DNA of 54,952 nucleotides, counting the filler, from Sphacelaria rigidula (taxonomy: Eukaryota): the NCBI GenBank assembly GCA_964200075.2. It is 4 parts of 4 records of this genome, joined end to end, with 100 filler letters (N's around TTAATTAATTAA, not from the genome) between each part and the next. Parts side by side here need not be neighbours in the genome. Positions count along the whole stretch, not along the records: positions 13,767 to 27,432 come from CAXNAA020002737.1; positions 27,533 to 41,193 come from CAXNAA020002738.1; 2 more parts are not named here. One strand, 5' to 3'. The notes under the pieces were generated by a model. That model was not told the origin of the DNA. It did no database searches and worked only from the letters and a program-made list of their open reading frames with translations. Position 1 is the stretch's first letter; each line of letters begins with the position of its first letter. Positions 23,825 through 36,378 of this stretch are shown here, one piece after another. The position numbers and the translations under genes were made by a program.

Positions 23825-24025
23825 AGAGTTTCGGATTTTTTTTCGTCATCTCAGAGTGCAAATATCTCAGCATCAGAGTGTAACGATAAATTATTTCCCC
23901 CTCCGTCAAATGCGGCACCCCCCTTAACTTTTTGTTTATGAGTTTTTTTTAACTTTTATTCTGCACTCTGATCCTGAGATATTTGCACCCTAAAAATGAC
24001 AAAAAAAAGCGCTTTCCGAAACTCT
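23825..24025. mobile_element. ~200-bp MITE with ~60-bp TIRs
   Basis: agagtttcgga..gtgcaaatatctcagcatcagagtg pairs with the inverse cactctgatcctgagatatttgcac..tccgaaactct. Confidence 0.75.
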
Positions 24026-24472
24026 CAATCGGCTTGCACTTGGATTGGACCGCACAGTCCTCGTGCTCTCCTGATACGTACGGTACAATACAGTGTCATG
24101 TAAGTAGTTTGTCTGTTGAGGGTCATTATTCGTCCGAAAGTACCACAAACCTTGGCGAGGACCCGAGTACGGGGTGCACCAGGGACCCTGGTTGAAAAGT
24201 ACTCGCCGGCGGATACCCGGTCCATTTTGTTTGAAAAAAAAACCCTCGTTAGGTGAAGCATCCACTACTTAGTATTGCTAGCCAGGACCAGCCTGTACTC
24301 ACCGGGGGGGCTCACACAGTCTGTGCATAAATTTTGATCGACGTTAAAGATATCCAGAAATATTAATGCCTTGCCCCGTATCTCGCCTGTTTTTTTTCCG
24401 CTCGCCACCGCCGCGCGATATGCTGTCCATTCCCTTCGTCTTTGGCGCACGCTCTATTACGAATCCGAGAAG

Positions 24473-24615
24473 GCTTTGTGACCCCGAGTAAGATCCAACG
24501 GAAGGCGATTCCGCAGATGTTGGGGGGGGGAAATATTGTGCTGGCGGCGGAGACTGGTTCCGGCAAGACGCTTGCCTACCTTTTGCCTTTGATACAGCAG
24601 CTCAAGGCACAAGAG
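24473..24615 (+). CDS. DEAD-box RNA helicase, exon 2 (Q motif and motif I)
   Basis: (G)[49 protein letters not shown] acceptor 24471-72 and GT donor 24616. Later exons are not seen before the scaffold ends. Confidence 0.92.
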
Positions 24616-24774
24616 GTGACTTTCAAAGAGGGTGTATTTACGTCGACACCTGTTTCGTAATTGTTCGGGGGATAATATATATATATATAAACAAATAAAA
24701 AAGTTTGGTGAAGAAGTTCTAGTAGTCTCTGAAAATCGGCGCAACATCGCCAAATTTTCGTCAGCCCACGATGG

Positions 24775-24886
24775 TTGGGGGGGGGCTGGGGGGGAAGCGT
24801 AATCATTCGTTGCTTGCCTTAGTCGTTTGACCACCGGCCACGCATCCCGTTTGAGACGGAGCATTTGGGGGGAGGGGGGGGGGGGG
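24775..24886 (-). mobile_element. LINE 3'-end fragment flanked by G-runs on both sides
   Basis: Reverse complement matches 49390-49460. Confidence 0.75.
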
Positions 24887-25992
24887 TCCCACTCGTTACC
24901 GCAATGAAGCTACCGAGTTTAGGTAGACTTCTAAAGAGAGGTTGACTCAAGCGAGCAAGAGTCTGTCATCGATCTCTCTGAGGAAACGAAGTGCACTGTT
25001 TGGGGTTTTGTTGACCAGAGTTGACTGCAGCTCAGAGAAATCAGACTCATGTTGTGACGACAAAGGGGAGAGAGTCAACGCTGGAAATCACAGCACCCAC
25101 CATCCATGGACTGAAGGGGCGTGGGAAATGTATGTCGTATCACCTTTTGGCGAGTATCGCGTGTGTCCGTTCGATTACTCCTGTATTAATAGCAAGATTC
25201 GGGTTTTACTATAAAAGATACAATTACTGTCCCCACACGATTTTTCTTCTACCCTAGCTTGGGGTAGTTAGCCTGTGACTACGGAAGGCGTCCGCATCAG
25301 ATGCCCAGTACAGAGTACTGCGCAGATATCGGAACGTTTTTTAATGTGAAGACAACAACAAGACAACAACAACACTAACCCGCTTGCCCTACAGGGTGAA
25401 ACTACGGCAGAGGCTTGAGTGTGAGGCTGATGCGACTTTTAGTGTAGGCTCCTGCACGAGTGACACGGGAATACGTCCGGAGAACCGCGCTTGACGCTTC
25501 TTTCACAGTTTCGCTGTGCTCGAAGACCAGTAGCACCCCGTCGGATGAGGAAGATCCCGAAAATAGCTACTTTTGTATAGCCTCCAGAACTCGCTGAATA
25601 TTGCTGAAATTGAGACGCTGACAGCGAACAGAGAGAATACGTGCCTCTTGACGACCAAATTCAACCGCCTGACAGACCATATCCGCTAGGTTATGCGTTT
25701 TTGTGGAAAGCGTGAGAACGCGAGTATTCAAAGTAGTTGACTGAGTTTGTTTGACGTGAGTTGACGTGGTGCGGGAGTGCTGACCCAATCTGCGAGACCA
25801 AAATGAAAGGCGTGTACCGGGGGAGAGATGGGATGATCCCTTGAGACCACGGATTCATCTTTGAGGAATGGGAGGGTTTCAGAGTGCGACAATATATATA
25901 TATATATGTAATGAAATAAATAGAAACTGATGAGTGACTGTCGCACACCAAAAGGTATCCTGCCATGGTCACAAGACAGACGCACCCGAAGC

Positions 25993-26102
25993 AAAAAAAA
26001 AAAAAAAACACTCAAAGAAGGAGAAACAAAAAAGGAAAAAAAAAAAAAAAAAAAAAAAGAGGAAAAATAGGGGAGAAAAAAAAAAAAAAAAAAAAAAAAA
26101 AA
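25993..26102. repeat. A-rich low-complexity tract
   Basis: Several long A homopolymers. Confidence 0.9.
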
Positions 26103-27432
26103 CACTCAATGAAGGAGACTCAAAAAAGGGAAAATAATACTAAAAGAGAGAAGATGAAACAGCTGGAGTGAACCGAGCATAAAAACGAGAGATGAACAAA
26201 ACGAGCAGAAAAACTAAAATGCGTCAATAAAGTAGGTATTATTAGAGGAGGTAAAAACTCGAAAATGTCCGACACCTCTGTGTTTTTTGAAGGAGTGTTC
26301 CAACATCACTTATCCAATCAACAGGCACATCCTTGCGGGTGGATCCAACCAATCAAAACCAAACAAACCGGAAACCCCTGACCGCAACACGTGAAGTCTG
26401 TCTATCACACCCCATTACTATCATCACACCCCCTGTGGGGATATCCTCGTAGCGCCCTTAATCACACGGGCGACATTATCACACCCCCATTATCATCACG
26501 GCCTTACATATGGGGTCCTGTGGGTGCACTTTATCACACCGGTAACAGTAGGTATCACTCACACTCCGTACACAATATGACACCAGTGTGATATTTGTGT
26601 TACGCCCGAAATGTTATCAAACGGGGGTGATGTCTTATGCAACCGACGGCACCCTCTACAACTGCGAATGGATGTAAACACGCCCGGGTGCACATGAATG
26701 TCAGCATACAATCTTGGAACGTGATTAATATACGTGGTAGTATCTGCAGTATAGACAGGAGGGAAGAGTAGAACAACGGAACCACAGTCGGTGTATGAGT
26801 ACAGTACAGTATAGTGAGCGCAAGATGTACCTTGGACACTCCCAACGCAGTGAGCCCAGACGCATTTCCTGCCTATATATATACGACGTACACCCTGCCA
26901 GGGCAGTTTTGCCCACATGTACTGGTTCATATTCCCAAACCATTTTGGAACAGAAGCACTCTACGAACGCAAGTTAGCCCAGGTGTACACCTTAACAACG
27001 CACGTGACGGCGCCGTGTGTGTGGGTTTAGGGTGAGGGGTAGCTATATATATATATGTAATATATATATATATATGTATATATGAAGAGAGTTGGTGTAT
27101 GTGCTTTCAACCATAAACACTATGTGGAAGACACACGGTCACAGTACCACCGACGATGGATGAAAACCTATGTGTATGACGACCGAGGGTGTGTACGGAG
27201 ATTTCTTTGCACCCGGGTGTGTGTATAAATTATCCGCTACAGCTCTCCCAACCATTTTTTTTCTCGCACTTTTGGTGAGACACCCATCAGGCAGTGTAAA
27301 ACCCCCGTGGCTGTCTCTGGAGGTGGCGATACCAGAAAATAAAGCAACTTATTGTTGGCTGTCACCCAAATGCAAGATAATCAGAGCGCTTCGGGCCGAA
27401 CAATCTTGGCAGCATGCAGCTCATCCTTCATG

Positions 27433-27532
27433 NNNNNNNNNNNNNNNNNNNNNNNNNNNNNNNNNNNNNNNNNNNNTTAATTAATTAANNNNNNNNNNNN
27501 NNNNNNNNNNNNNNNNNNNNNNNNNNNNNNNN
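27433..27532. other. Artificial scaffold linker
   Basis: N44-TTAATTAATTAA-N44. Confidence 0.97.
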
Positions 27533-28093
27533 TTTTCACTCGTTGCATTCTTCTCCGCGCGCCGCTAATTACAATTTTGAGTTGAAGCCTTCGAGGAACA
27601 TGAATGCGGCGGACGTATCGGATAGGCAGGGAAAAATTCGATCGCACTTTTTCGATCGAAAAAAAAGGTGCTGAGACAAGCCCTAAGACACGCCCTGATA
27701 CGCGTGAACCAGCCTGTAAAAAAATACAAACGCGTCGGTGGCATCCACTATCTCAATGAACGCCGCACTCACAGCTGCTCGCTCTACGAAAACTGTGACA
27801 CGTTGCTGTGGTACCAACCAGCACATCACCCAAATGTCAGCCCCATGACACATGAGGTGCACCTTGTCTCGACGCCCATCCTTCCACAATACCGCCTCCA
27901 TATTATCGAAGAGGATTAATACTGTACTGACTGCGCTGTCAGTTGTCTTCACTTCAGTGCAAACGAAGGATGACATTTCGCGGAAAAAAACGGCTCAGAA
28001 GCTTGACGAGGAAAGAGTACTGCCAACAGTACGAAGTACAGTGTAGTACGGTACAGTGGGCGTCACTGCCCTCCACAACTCTCATGCTCTCAC

Positions 28094-28282
28094 CTCTAGC
28101 GATACAAGATCCTGAATGTCGAGATCGGGTGTGTACGGCAGACTCTCCCCGTGATTCGCTGGATCGAGGTTGATCACTGCAGCATCCCTACCAATCGCTT
28201 TGAGGTACTGGAACATCCCGTTGCAGTACGTCGTCTTGCCCGATCCCGGAGGTCCCACCACCACTTGCCCGAATCGCACCAT
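28094..28282 (-). CDS. GPN2: GPN-loop GTPase 2, exon 1
   Basis: [35 protein letters not shown]. The [19 protein letters not shown] pattern fits GPN2 rather than GPN3 (GPAGSGKSTYC/LDPAA). Donor GAG|GTGAG at 28093. The rest of the gene lies beyond the scaffold end. Confidence 0.9.
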
Positions 28283-28633
28283 TGTTACCCTCGCTATTCT
28301 GTTCGCCTAGACTTGTGTTGCACACTACACAGCGAAAACAGACACGGCGAGAGAAGTCCGCTTTTAGTTCGTTTCGCTCTTGGTTCGTTTTTGATCCAGG
28401 TTCGCATTTTGGTTCGAATGGAAAATAACAAGAAGTCCCAGGTATCGGGCAGACCCTCACCGAAGATTCTATCTTGTCACGCTCGTCCCCCGTATTCACT
28501 CGCTCTCTGCATTTCGTCCTAAAGTAAGTACAGCACCATACATTAAACCTCACTGTACATCGATATTATATCACCTACGTCTCTACCTCGACGAGTCTCG
28601 CGTGGTGTCGTTTCTTTTTTGTGACAAGAGGTC
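28283..28633. promoter_or_regulatory. Putative bidirectional promoter / 5' UTRs, with a possible UTR intron at 28524-~28630
   Basis: 351 bp between divergent ATGs; GTAAGT at 28524 and a T-tract plus AG just before ATG 28634. Confidence 0.55.
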
Positions 28634-28863
28634 ATGCAGTCTCTCAAGGAACTGCGCGCGCAGAACGCCGCAAGGCAGGAGCTCAGTCGAACCACCGCTA
28701 CCCCCTCTACTGCTGCTACTGCAGCCCGTGATGCTGTCTCTGGCACCACGCAAAGTCCACTGGTAAGTAATGCGACTACGACCATTGCCGCGTCACGCCC
28801 GGGGAGAACACTCGCACCGCTTGCCCGTCCCCCCACGTCGGGCTCAACCGAAGCCAATCGGGG

Positions 28864-28895
<32 letters not shown>

Positions 28896-29302
28896 GGGAC
28901 GCGCTACGCGCCGAAGAAGTAGAGCAACGAGACGATTCCAAAAGTACTGACGGTATTAATCCACCATATACAGGGACAACAAGGCAACGGCGGCGCCCAA
29001 AAAAAGAAACAGAACAAAATTCGGACGCCGCCGCCATGGAATATGAAGTGGCGACGGTGGCCGACAAAGAACAGCCGGCGGTGGATAAGGTCGCGGTTGA
29101 TCGTGGCATCACTGGGGGGGTAAGCGCCAAAGATAGTGCTACCATGGGTGATCACAATGGACAGAGCCAGAGTCAGCGCTGGCCGAAGTTTGGTCACGAT
29201 GATACTGATGGTCGCGGAGCTCCGCCTCAAGAAAAGCCGAAGAACAAACTCACGCCACTTGCAGCACGACGAGCCCGAATGGAGCAGCAGAAGCGCGAGG
29301 AG
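28634..29302 (+). CDS. B9D2-like gene, coding exon 1 (low-complexity, poly-Gly)
   Basis: 223 open codons MQSLKELRAQN..QQKREE; donor GAG|GTGA, phase 0. Confidence 0.72.
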
Positions 29303-30104
29303 GTGATGAGTACTCCTTTTCAGTATACCATTCTCGCTGCTGCAGGGTGAAACTTGTAATGCATGCCGCACCTACTGGTATGAATATGAAACAAACACTA
29401 AAAACATACAACAAAAAGTCAATCTTCGGAGAAATGACGTCTGGCATGTACTATTACTTGTGTGGCGGAACAGAGTGTCAATTCTTGGCCATAAAAATCT
29501 TCTCGGAGCCATCCCATGTAGGGGGAGGGTACATTCACGATCGAACTTGGTTTCTCTTCGGGCAATATTTTGGTAAAAATGGAAATCCGCCCCTTGTTCG
29601 GTTGGAGGGACTATTATATCCACTAGATGACAGTAGTGCGAAGTGTTGGTTGGTTCGTGCACCCGTGGAGAGTTGATCAAATAGTTTATTATAGCAGCGT
29701 AGCTATCTGGGGTTGCTTGGCGGAGAGTGAGCGGTGAGGGAACCACGGGCTCGCTTCCACCCTGTCATGTGTACACGCATGTCCTCCAACATGCCAAGAG
29801 CGATGGGAACCCTTCACACGTGTACCCAATTAAAACACCACACATCAAGTGAGCCACTACTTCCTATTTCGTAGATCCTCTTAATCGTAGATCCGACACG
29901 AGATATCCACCTTACATGGGCACGAAGTACCCACTAGATCACGAAGTTAGTGCTGACGGAGTGGTCTGGTGGGTAAGGTTCTCCTACGAACACTCCTACC
30001 GTGGAATGCCTCTGCACGGCCATTCGCGCAAACTTACCTCGTGAGATTTATAGCATGCTAAGAACTATTTACTGCCTGCAGCGATGCCTCAGAAAGTGAT
30101 GCCG

Positions 30105-30330
30105 GGATAGACCCCCCCCCCCTCCCTGAAGAATGGCTGGTTTGAGGAGGCAAAATCTTCATGCGAAAAATGACAACAAAAGCCGAGCACACCGAGCAGC
30201 TGGGAACTCGCGCGCTTGGGCTCATTCTCGGCAATGTCGCCCGTATGAGGTGCTTCATGCAGTTTGAACACAGCTGTCATGCGCTGAATGGTTATTTCCT
30301 TCGTGACAGTTTGGGGTTCAAATCGCCATT
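30105..30330 (-). repeat. Diverged partial copy of MITE family B
   Basis: ggaggcaaaatcttca..aaagccgagcac..gctgggaa..caatgtcgcc..gcttcatgca is shared with 37340-37480. Confidence 0.65.
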
Positions 30331-31002
30331 CCAGGACTTCACGGATTCCCGATTTCCACCTTTTTCGCGGTTTCATTTACCCCGAACGCTTGGCGGTAAG
30401 CGTCATTTTCCAAGGTTGGGAAATGTGGAAATTGGACGGAAGTCGTCCACCCTCGAGCACCTCAAGGGTGTTGTCAGAGGTGCGGATCGTGAGCTGATGA
30501 CTGCCGACAAGGTGTAGTAGCGCCAGCATGCCTCCGAAAAGAGGTTCGGCGAGCGGTCGTACCTCACGAACTGCAGTTGGTGCCCAGGTGCCCAGGTGCG
30601 CTTAAGCGAGGCCGAAATCCGGTTGCCATATGAAGAGATTACAGCCCCAGCAGCCCGCCCCACCCTTTAGCCTACTGCGGTTTGTCACAGGGTGCCTGCA
30701 CCGCATGAAACAGTAAAAGAAAAACGTCGGGAAATCGTGCTTGGAGCTTCGACTCACGCACCGGATGTCGATATTTGTCAACCTCAATTTCCTCCGTGAC
30801 TACGGATCTACCAGCCACGGAAATGCGGCAATCGGCAGATCGCGTCAAGACCTCCCATCTGGCTCATCCTCTCCTTGTCTGGAACGCCATCATTGTCGAT
30901 ATATACGATGCCTTTTCTCTCCTCGCGCTTGCCACTCCCGTACCTAACCTGAAAGTATTGTGCCGTCGCTTATCACTACCGTACGTATGATTTCGCATGC
31001 AG

Positions 31003-31703
31003 GCCGAACGCAACATGCTGTTGCCTCAGGGGGAACGAAATATCAAAACACCTTCAAGAGGAAACCCACCAGCGACTGCAAGAGTCGAGGGTGGAGGTGC
31101 CTTTACGCCGAGTATGGATGGCGATGGCGATGGCGATGGCGATGGCGATGGCGATGATGATGATGATGATGGTGGTGGTGGAGATAAAGACGTATTTCCA
31201 GATAGTCCAGGGAGCAGTGCAGAAAACGACCGACTCTTCCCTCTTAGGAGGCAGAACGACGACGGGGAAGCGAGCCCAACAAAGGGTGACGGGGAAGGTA
31301 CTGTTGATAAGAATGAAAAAACAGCTACTGTGAGTGATGATCCTGCTGCAGTAGTAGGCCGATATGGTCGGCGATTTAGCGATATGCGGAGTCGCATGAA
31401 GTGGGCAGGACAGGGTCTCAAAAAGAACCCATCATCGCCGTCGTCTAACTCCACGGTGCGACAGGGCAGTAAATCGGGGGAAGAAGCAACGAAGGTCGCA
31501 GGGAGGTGGAAGAATAATGGGCGCTTTCAAAGTAACCGTGGGAGATCTTCCGCAGCCTCTACTTCTACCGGTGATGTGAGTGATGTGCATGCAGCCGGTA
31601 ATGGTGGGGTTGCCTCAGACGGCGAGGAAGCAGCCGGGGAATTATCTCCAGGGGATAGAGAACGCCAGCACCATGAACGTGACGGGGACTCCTACACAGC
31701 CAG
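31003..31703 (+). CDS. B9D2-like gene, exon 2 (acidic/Ser-rich, DG repeats)
   Basis: CAG|GCC acceptor, phase 0; open for 233 codons; donor AG|GTGC, phase 2. Confidence 0.72.
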
Positions 31704-33855
31704 GTGCAATATATTGAGTGAATAGAACTAATACGTGCGGTTACTGCGGGAAGCTACAGTGTGCCAGGTTACCTGTGATAATTGTTCAAGCGATTTTATA
31801 GACATCTGCAGCCCACCTGGTATGTGTTGTTGATTACGTGGATCTTGAGCCTTCTGTGTCCTACTGTGTTCTCGTAGTGCTGTATTGTATGGCGTTATGC
31901 ACAATATAGTACATATTACAAGGTTTCCCTTCGGGAGGTTGGTACGGGCCTCCCGGGGGTGACGAAAGTCGAAAATGTATGGTCAAGACAGGCTGTTATA
32001 TCTCAATGTACAGTCTCAATGTACAGTAGTGATCGTGGCTGTACAAAACATCACATGTGTTATCGGATGTCGTTCGGAAATATGGAAATTCAGAGGGAGG
32101 AACACGGCGGAACCGTCGGCGTAGGACATGTGTGGTATTTCCGAGGTGCCAGAGTGCGAAGTACCTCTCGTGCCACAAAGACATGACAGTGGGAGGCACT
32201 CTTTTGGAGGACGTGGAACATTCTTGGCACGCTCTTCGTACATCACTGTGGCTTTCACATCACCGGGTCTTTTTCTAAAACAGGGTGATTGGTTTTGCGG
32301 CAAAACATTCCTGTGCTGCCTTGCCGCTGTGTCTTGTTCAACTCGCCAGCGGCCCATTGCACGGTCTCGTGTTTGCTGCTGACTAAGGCCGAGGCAATGT
32401 TCAAAAATTTTAGACTACTTTGCTCTCATGTTCTCGTAATATTGGCGGCATAACCGATTTGTTCGTGCTCCCAAATGAACGAGAACGTGACAAACAGAAA
32501 CACGGGCGAAAAATACCTTGCCAAAAGTAATCCTGTTTGAAGATCCCCATGATCTTCAACAGGCTTTTTTTGTAGTTCGGGTTATTGTTTCAAGTTTTCC
32601 ATGATCTTGAAAAGGCTTTTGTGGTACGAGATTGACACCCCGCCAAAAAGGGCCAGTTTAAGCGACTTTCGGTGGCCAGAACACGCGCCACAGGTATCAG
32701 ATGACACCCAAACCTGAGCGGTAATGTACCGCTGAGCCTTCTCAGTGCGCTGCACAAGAAAGCGCGGGAAAAAGTGCCTTGCCGCCACAGAAAACTCGGC
32801 AAAAGTGGTGAAAAATGTGAAATGATACATGTACATATATTGTCTCGGGTTGATCTGCAATTCTGCATTGTACCCCTTACGTCATATGTTGCGGTACTAT
32901 GTCCAGGAGGGTACCATGTATACTGGAAAACTGTATATCATGTTCCCTTCTACTTACCGCGTCGTACGGGAAATTTGAATCGTATGCAAGATATGTGTTT
33001 GTGACTACAGCACGGCGTACAACGCGGTTCAAAGCACATCTACCATGTCATGAAGGCACAGTAGAGTGTAGTGCGCTCGATGGAGGATCGTGATGGGAGC
33101 TACATATGGTTGCTTATTCAGAACATGTTGGTCAGTCTCAATCATAGTACAGCGTCATGCCATAAAACCATGATTTAAAATCGTTCATAGTCTCCTTTGA
33201 TCATTTCTATCCTTGTATCTTTCTGTGTACAATAATACACTAAATCACTGATCGCCTGATTCCTGGAGCTTTCAATCCGCACCATGCTTTCTGTTCTTTG
33301 AGATGGTCACTCATGATCCTCCATCTCTTCCGTCATGTGTGTGTGGCTGCGACAAGGGCGGAGGGCGAAAAGGGTACGCCGCTTTACCGCATCGTGCATG
33401 TCCCTCTGTAAGACATCATGAATGTCCATTTGTGAAACTTCTGCGTTGTGCACACTCCTAGTTTTTTACATACTTAATTCCAGATGTGAGGTACTACACC
33501 CGTTATTTCACTCCGAGGTTGCTTTCTGTATTTCGACTTATTCACAGTCACATATCCTGTTTTGGGTTTAATCATATACTACAGTAAGTGTGGTAGTTTA
33601 GGGGTCATGTGGATGCTCCGTGAAACCGACAGCAATGTCAAAGTGTCACGTGCAGTATTTATGCCACTCTCTAAGGATGTGTGTTCATCGGGTAACGCGG
33701 GGTGGGATTTAGCGACTTCTTTCTGTGGGGGCCAATACCCTCACGGTTCAACATCAACATATTCCGTATTATCTTCCGTATTTTCGTGTCTTCGCCTGTG
33801 TAATTCCTCGGCTACCATTTCCACCCCGCTGTCAACCGAAGGACGCTCATCTCAG

Positions 33856-34150
33856 CATAGGTGAACGCTCGTTTGTTTATGCAAAGTATTTTCGAGCTTG
33901 GCAGTTCCGCGACCCTTGCGAATTGAGTGACTTGGCGTCATCTAAGTTCGTTGATCACGCGATCGGTGCCTCCCTTTTCCTTGGATCTACCGTATCCAGT
34001 GATGACTCTGGTGCCTCCTCAGGAGTGGACAAAGCAGCGAGCGAGGATGGTGGAGACGATGAGAGCAGTGACGGCAGCAACGGAGGCGAGACAAATAATT
34101 GGGCAAAAGCGAGCGGTCCGGCTGAAGCCGGATCTGCGGTGGACAAGGAG
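33856..34150 (+). CDS. B9D2-like gene, exon 3
   Basis: ctCAG|C acceptor matches phase 2; IGERSFVYAKYFRAWQFRD..AVDKE; donor GAG|GTGCG. The 5' boundary is less certain. Confidence 0.62.
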
Positions 34151-34428
34151 GTGCGGTCAACGTCTCTACAGAACACGGAGCGTATCGATATAAGGACAAT
34201 TTTACACACTCTGAGAAACGTGTGGTAAAAACGTATTGGCAAGTTATCCTGAATGACCTCTGTATTCGGTTCCATTGGAGTGTCCGAGTGGTTGGAAGTA
34301 ATGGCTATATTACCCCTCTGTTCTTTGCGCTAGGTACACACATGAAGGGCGAATGTGCGAAACTAGTTTTGAATCACACAACTTTCGTTTCCACCCAATT
34401 TTCAATTTCCAAACCGAAACGCCGATAG

Positions 34429-34554
34429 GTTACGCTGGGCCATGTGGTCGACAGGAAGATGCGGGAAATGGGATACATCCGTAAGCCGGCGGTGGGCGAT
34501 TTGAAGAACAGATGGTCGTTGAGGGACAGAGTGGCGGCGGAGCGAGCACCTGAG
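34429..34554 (+). CDS. B9D2-like gene, exon 4
   Basis: TAG|VTLGHVVDRKMREMGYIRKPAVGDLKNRWSLRDRVAAERAPE|GTAAAG; 126 bp, phase 0/0. Confidence 0.78.
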
Positions 34555-34620
34555 GTAAAGAAAATGTGAAATTTGCACAACATGTTCCAAGTATGGCATG
34601 AATTCCGTTTACACTTTCAC

Positions 34621-34750
34621 CGGGTGGGGGGGGGGGGGGGGGGGGTGTGTGCTCATGTTTGATCTGGCATGCCGTAGTCATATGAACATTGACCTCGCAT
34701 CCCTACAAAGCAAAGCCAGGACGAAGCACGCCGGGTTTTCGCCGAACAAG
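34621..34750 (-). mobile_element. LINE-related 3'-end fragment ending in a long C-run (minus strand)
   Basis: Reverse complement cggcgaaaacccggcgtg..catgagcacacacccccc matches 23503-23600. Confidence 0.65.
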
Positions 34751-34939
34751 GCTCGATAATCCACCACCAAGCGTGAAGCGCCGTGATGTGTTCGGCGAGT
34801 CGCATGAAGGGTGGGCTGCATCCCGCTAAGATATTGTTCGGCTCGAAGTCAACTGATTATCTTGCATTTGTATGACAGCCTCCAATGGGTTGCTTGATTT
34901 TCTGGTTTCGCCACTTCCAAAGACAGCTTCGGCTTCACC

Positions 34940-35060
34940 GGGGGGGGGAGTGGAAGGGGTACTCATTTGTTGCTTGCCTTCAGTCATTTGAATATTGATC
35001 ACGCATCCCTTTCGAGATGGAATACTTTCACTGGGGGAGGGAGCGGGGGCTGGGCAGGGG
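34940..35060 (-). mobile_element. LINE 3'-end fragment flanked by G-runs
   Basis: gtactcatttgttgcttgcctt..cacgcatccctttcgaga is the reverse complement of the LINE terminus. Confidence 0.75.
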
Positions 35061-35186
35061 AACTCTTAGCGTCAAGTACTATTACATAGAAGCACAGAAG
35101 TGTCGGTCACCGCAAAAATACGATCGTTGCGTCACAGAGTAGCGACTCCTGTCATTCCGCCAACCAAATAAGTCGCTCCTATACAG

Positions 35187-35390
35187 GTCCATTTTATTGG
35201 CGAGATATTAGGGGCCCAGGGTTTCGGATCGGGCATCTCCTGCCGCTTCCGCGTGGAAGGCGGGCATCATTGGACTTGCCTGGCAGGACTGGAGGAAGGC
35301 CAAACCCACGCGGTCTACCTTGAGACCGGGGAGTCGTTCGCAACGTGGAATCATCCCGTAGACCTCCACTATACCACCAAAAGTATACAG
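35187..35390 (+). CDS. B9D2: B9D2-like gene, exon 5 (start of the B9 domain)
   Basis: VHFIGEILGAQGFGSGISCRFRVEGGHHWTCLAGLEEGQTHAVYLETGESFATWNHPVDLHYTTKSIQ aligns by eye to B9D2 (VHVIGQIIGASGF..W..L.G..EGQT..W.HP.DLH..TK..Q); CAG/GT boundaries. Confidence 0.92.
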
Positions 35391-35918
35391 GTGCGATAGA
35401 CCATACACGCTGCCAAGACAGGAGCAGATATAATTTTGAGTGCAGCACAGCAATCGACTGCCGAATCGACAGGACAACATCTTGAAGAAGCTGCAGGGAG
35501 AGATGGGGGGGATGGGGGATGGTCAAGGGAGGAGCATTGTGAGTAAGACCAATGGTGATCTAGGTCCATACACCACGGCCTACCGCAATACGGTAGTTTG
35601 TTCCCAAAGCCGTGCTTCTATATGTACGATTTTTTTCTCGCGGTGACCGTGCCTGCACGTGTTGTAGTGAAGGTCGCGGGCGCGGGGAGAGTGGAGGAAA
35701 CCCTTCAACGATCTCGAAGCGAGACGCGTCAAACGTTACCGTGTAGGCTGGCGCGACGGTCCCTCGTTGGCATATTTTTCGTCACACTTGATGAAGCAAG
35801 CCACTGACCATATGTGATATTTTACTTTGTCAGAGTCGGTGGTAGGGTGTGCCGATTCGCGATAAGCATGTTGGACGCGCTCTTCCCTTCTGTTTTGGCG
35901 ATTTGTGCTTTCTGTTAG

Positions 35919-36065
35919 GGTTGGCCCCGTCTGATGGTGCAGGTATGGCAATTGGACATGCACGGCCGTAATGTGCTCCGCGGCTATGGATTTCGTCATT
36001 TTCCCTCGACGGCCGGGTTTTCCGAGGTGTCGGTGCCGTGCTGGAGGCCCACCGGTACAATGCAG
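35919..36065 (+). CDS. B9D2: B9D2-like gene, exon 6
   Basis: GWPRLMVQVWQLDMHGRNVLRGYGFRHFPSTAGFSEVSVPCWRPTGTMQ (B9 GWP..D..GR....GYG..WRP signature); TAG/GT boundaries. Confidence 0.93.
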
Positions 36066-36281
36066 GTCGGTTAGGCCCAACGGGTTGAAGTCAACCACGT
36101 GCTATCAAATAGTCATTCCTGTGTTGGAGCTCTCGCGTCGTGATGGTTCTGGGTGAGCTACATACCCTGAAGTATTGAGAGCAAAGACAAGGCAGATTTC
36201 CCCCCTCAAAATAGGCACCACTTTCGCAATCTACGTTTTTACTCAGAGGGGTATAAGAGGATGGGAGGTGGGGTGCTTTGA

Positions 36282-36378
36282 CCCCCAGACCGCGAGGGTA
36301 GTCCATCTGGATCATGCATACTTTTCCGAGTTGAATTGATGCCGATTCAACAGATGACTTACTCTCGCTGTCTAAGGG
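36282..36378. mobile_element. ~97-bp piggyBac-like MITE
   Basis: TTGA|ccc..gaccgcgagggta..tctaaggg|TCAA; the reverse complement resembles 20639-20740. Confidence 0.65.

Noticed and set aside
25728..26171. Poly-Lys and poly-Phe ORFs
   Set aside because: They come from A homopolymers.
28543..29145. 200-aa minus-strand ORF
   Set aside because: It is the antisense shadow of the plus-strand exon 1, which has the matching splice phase.
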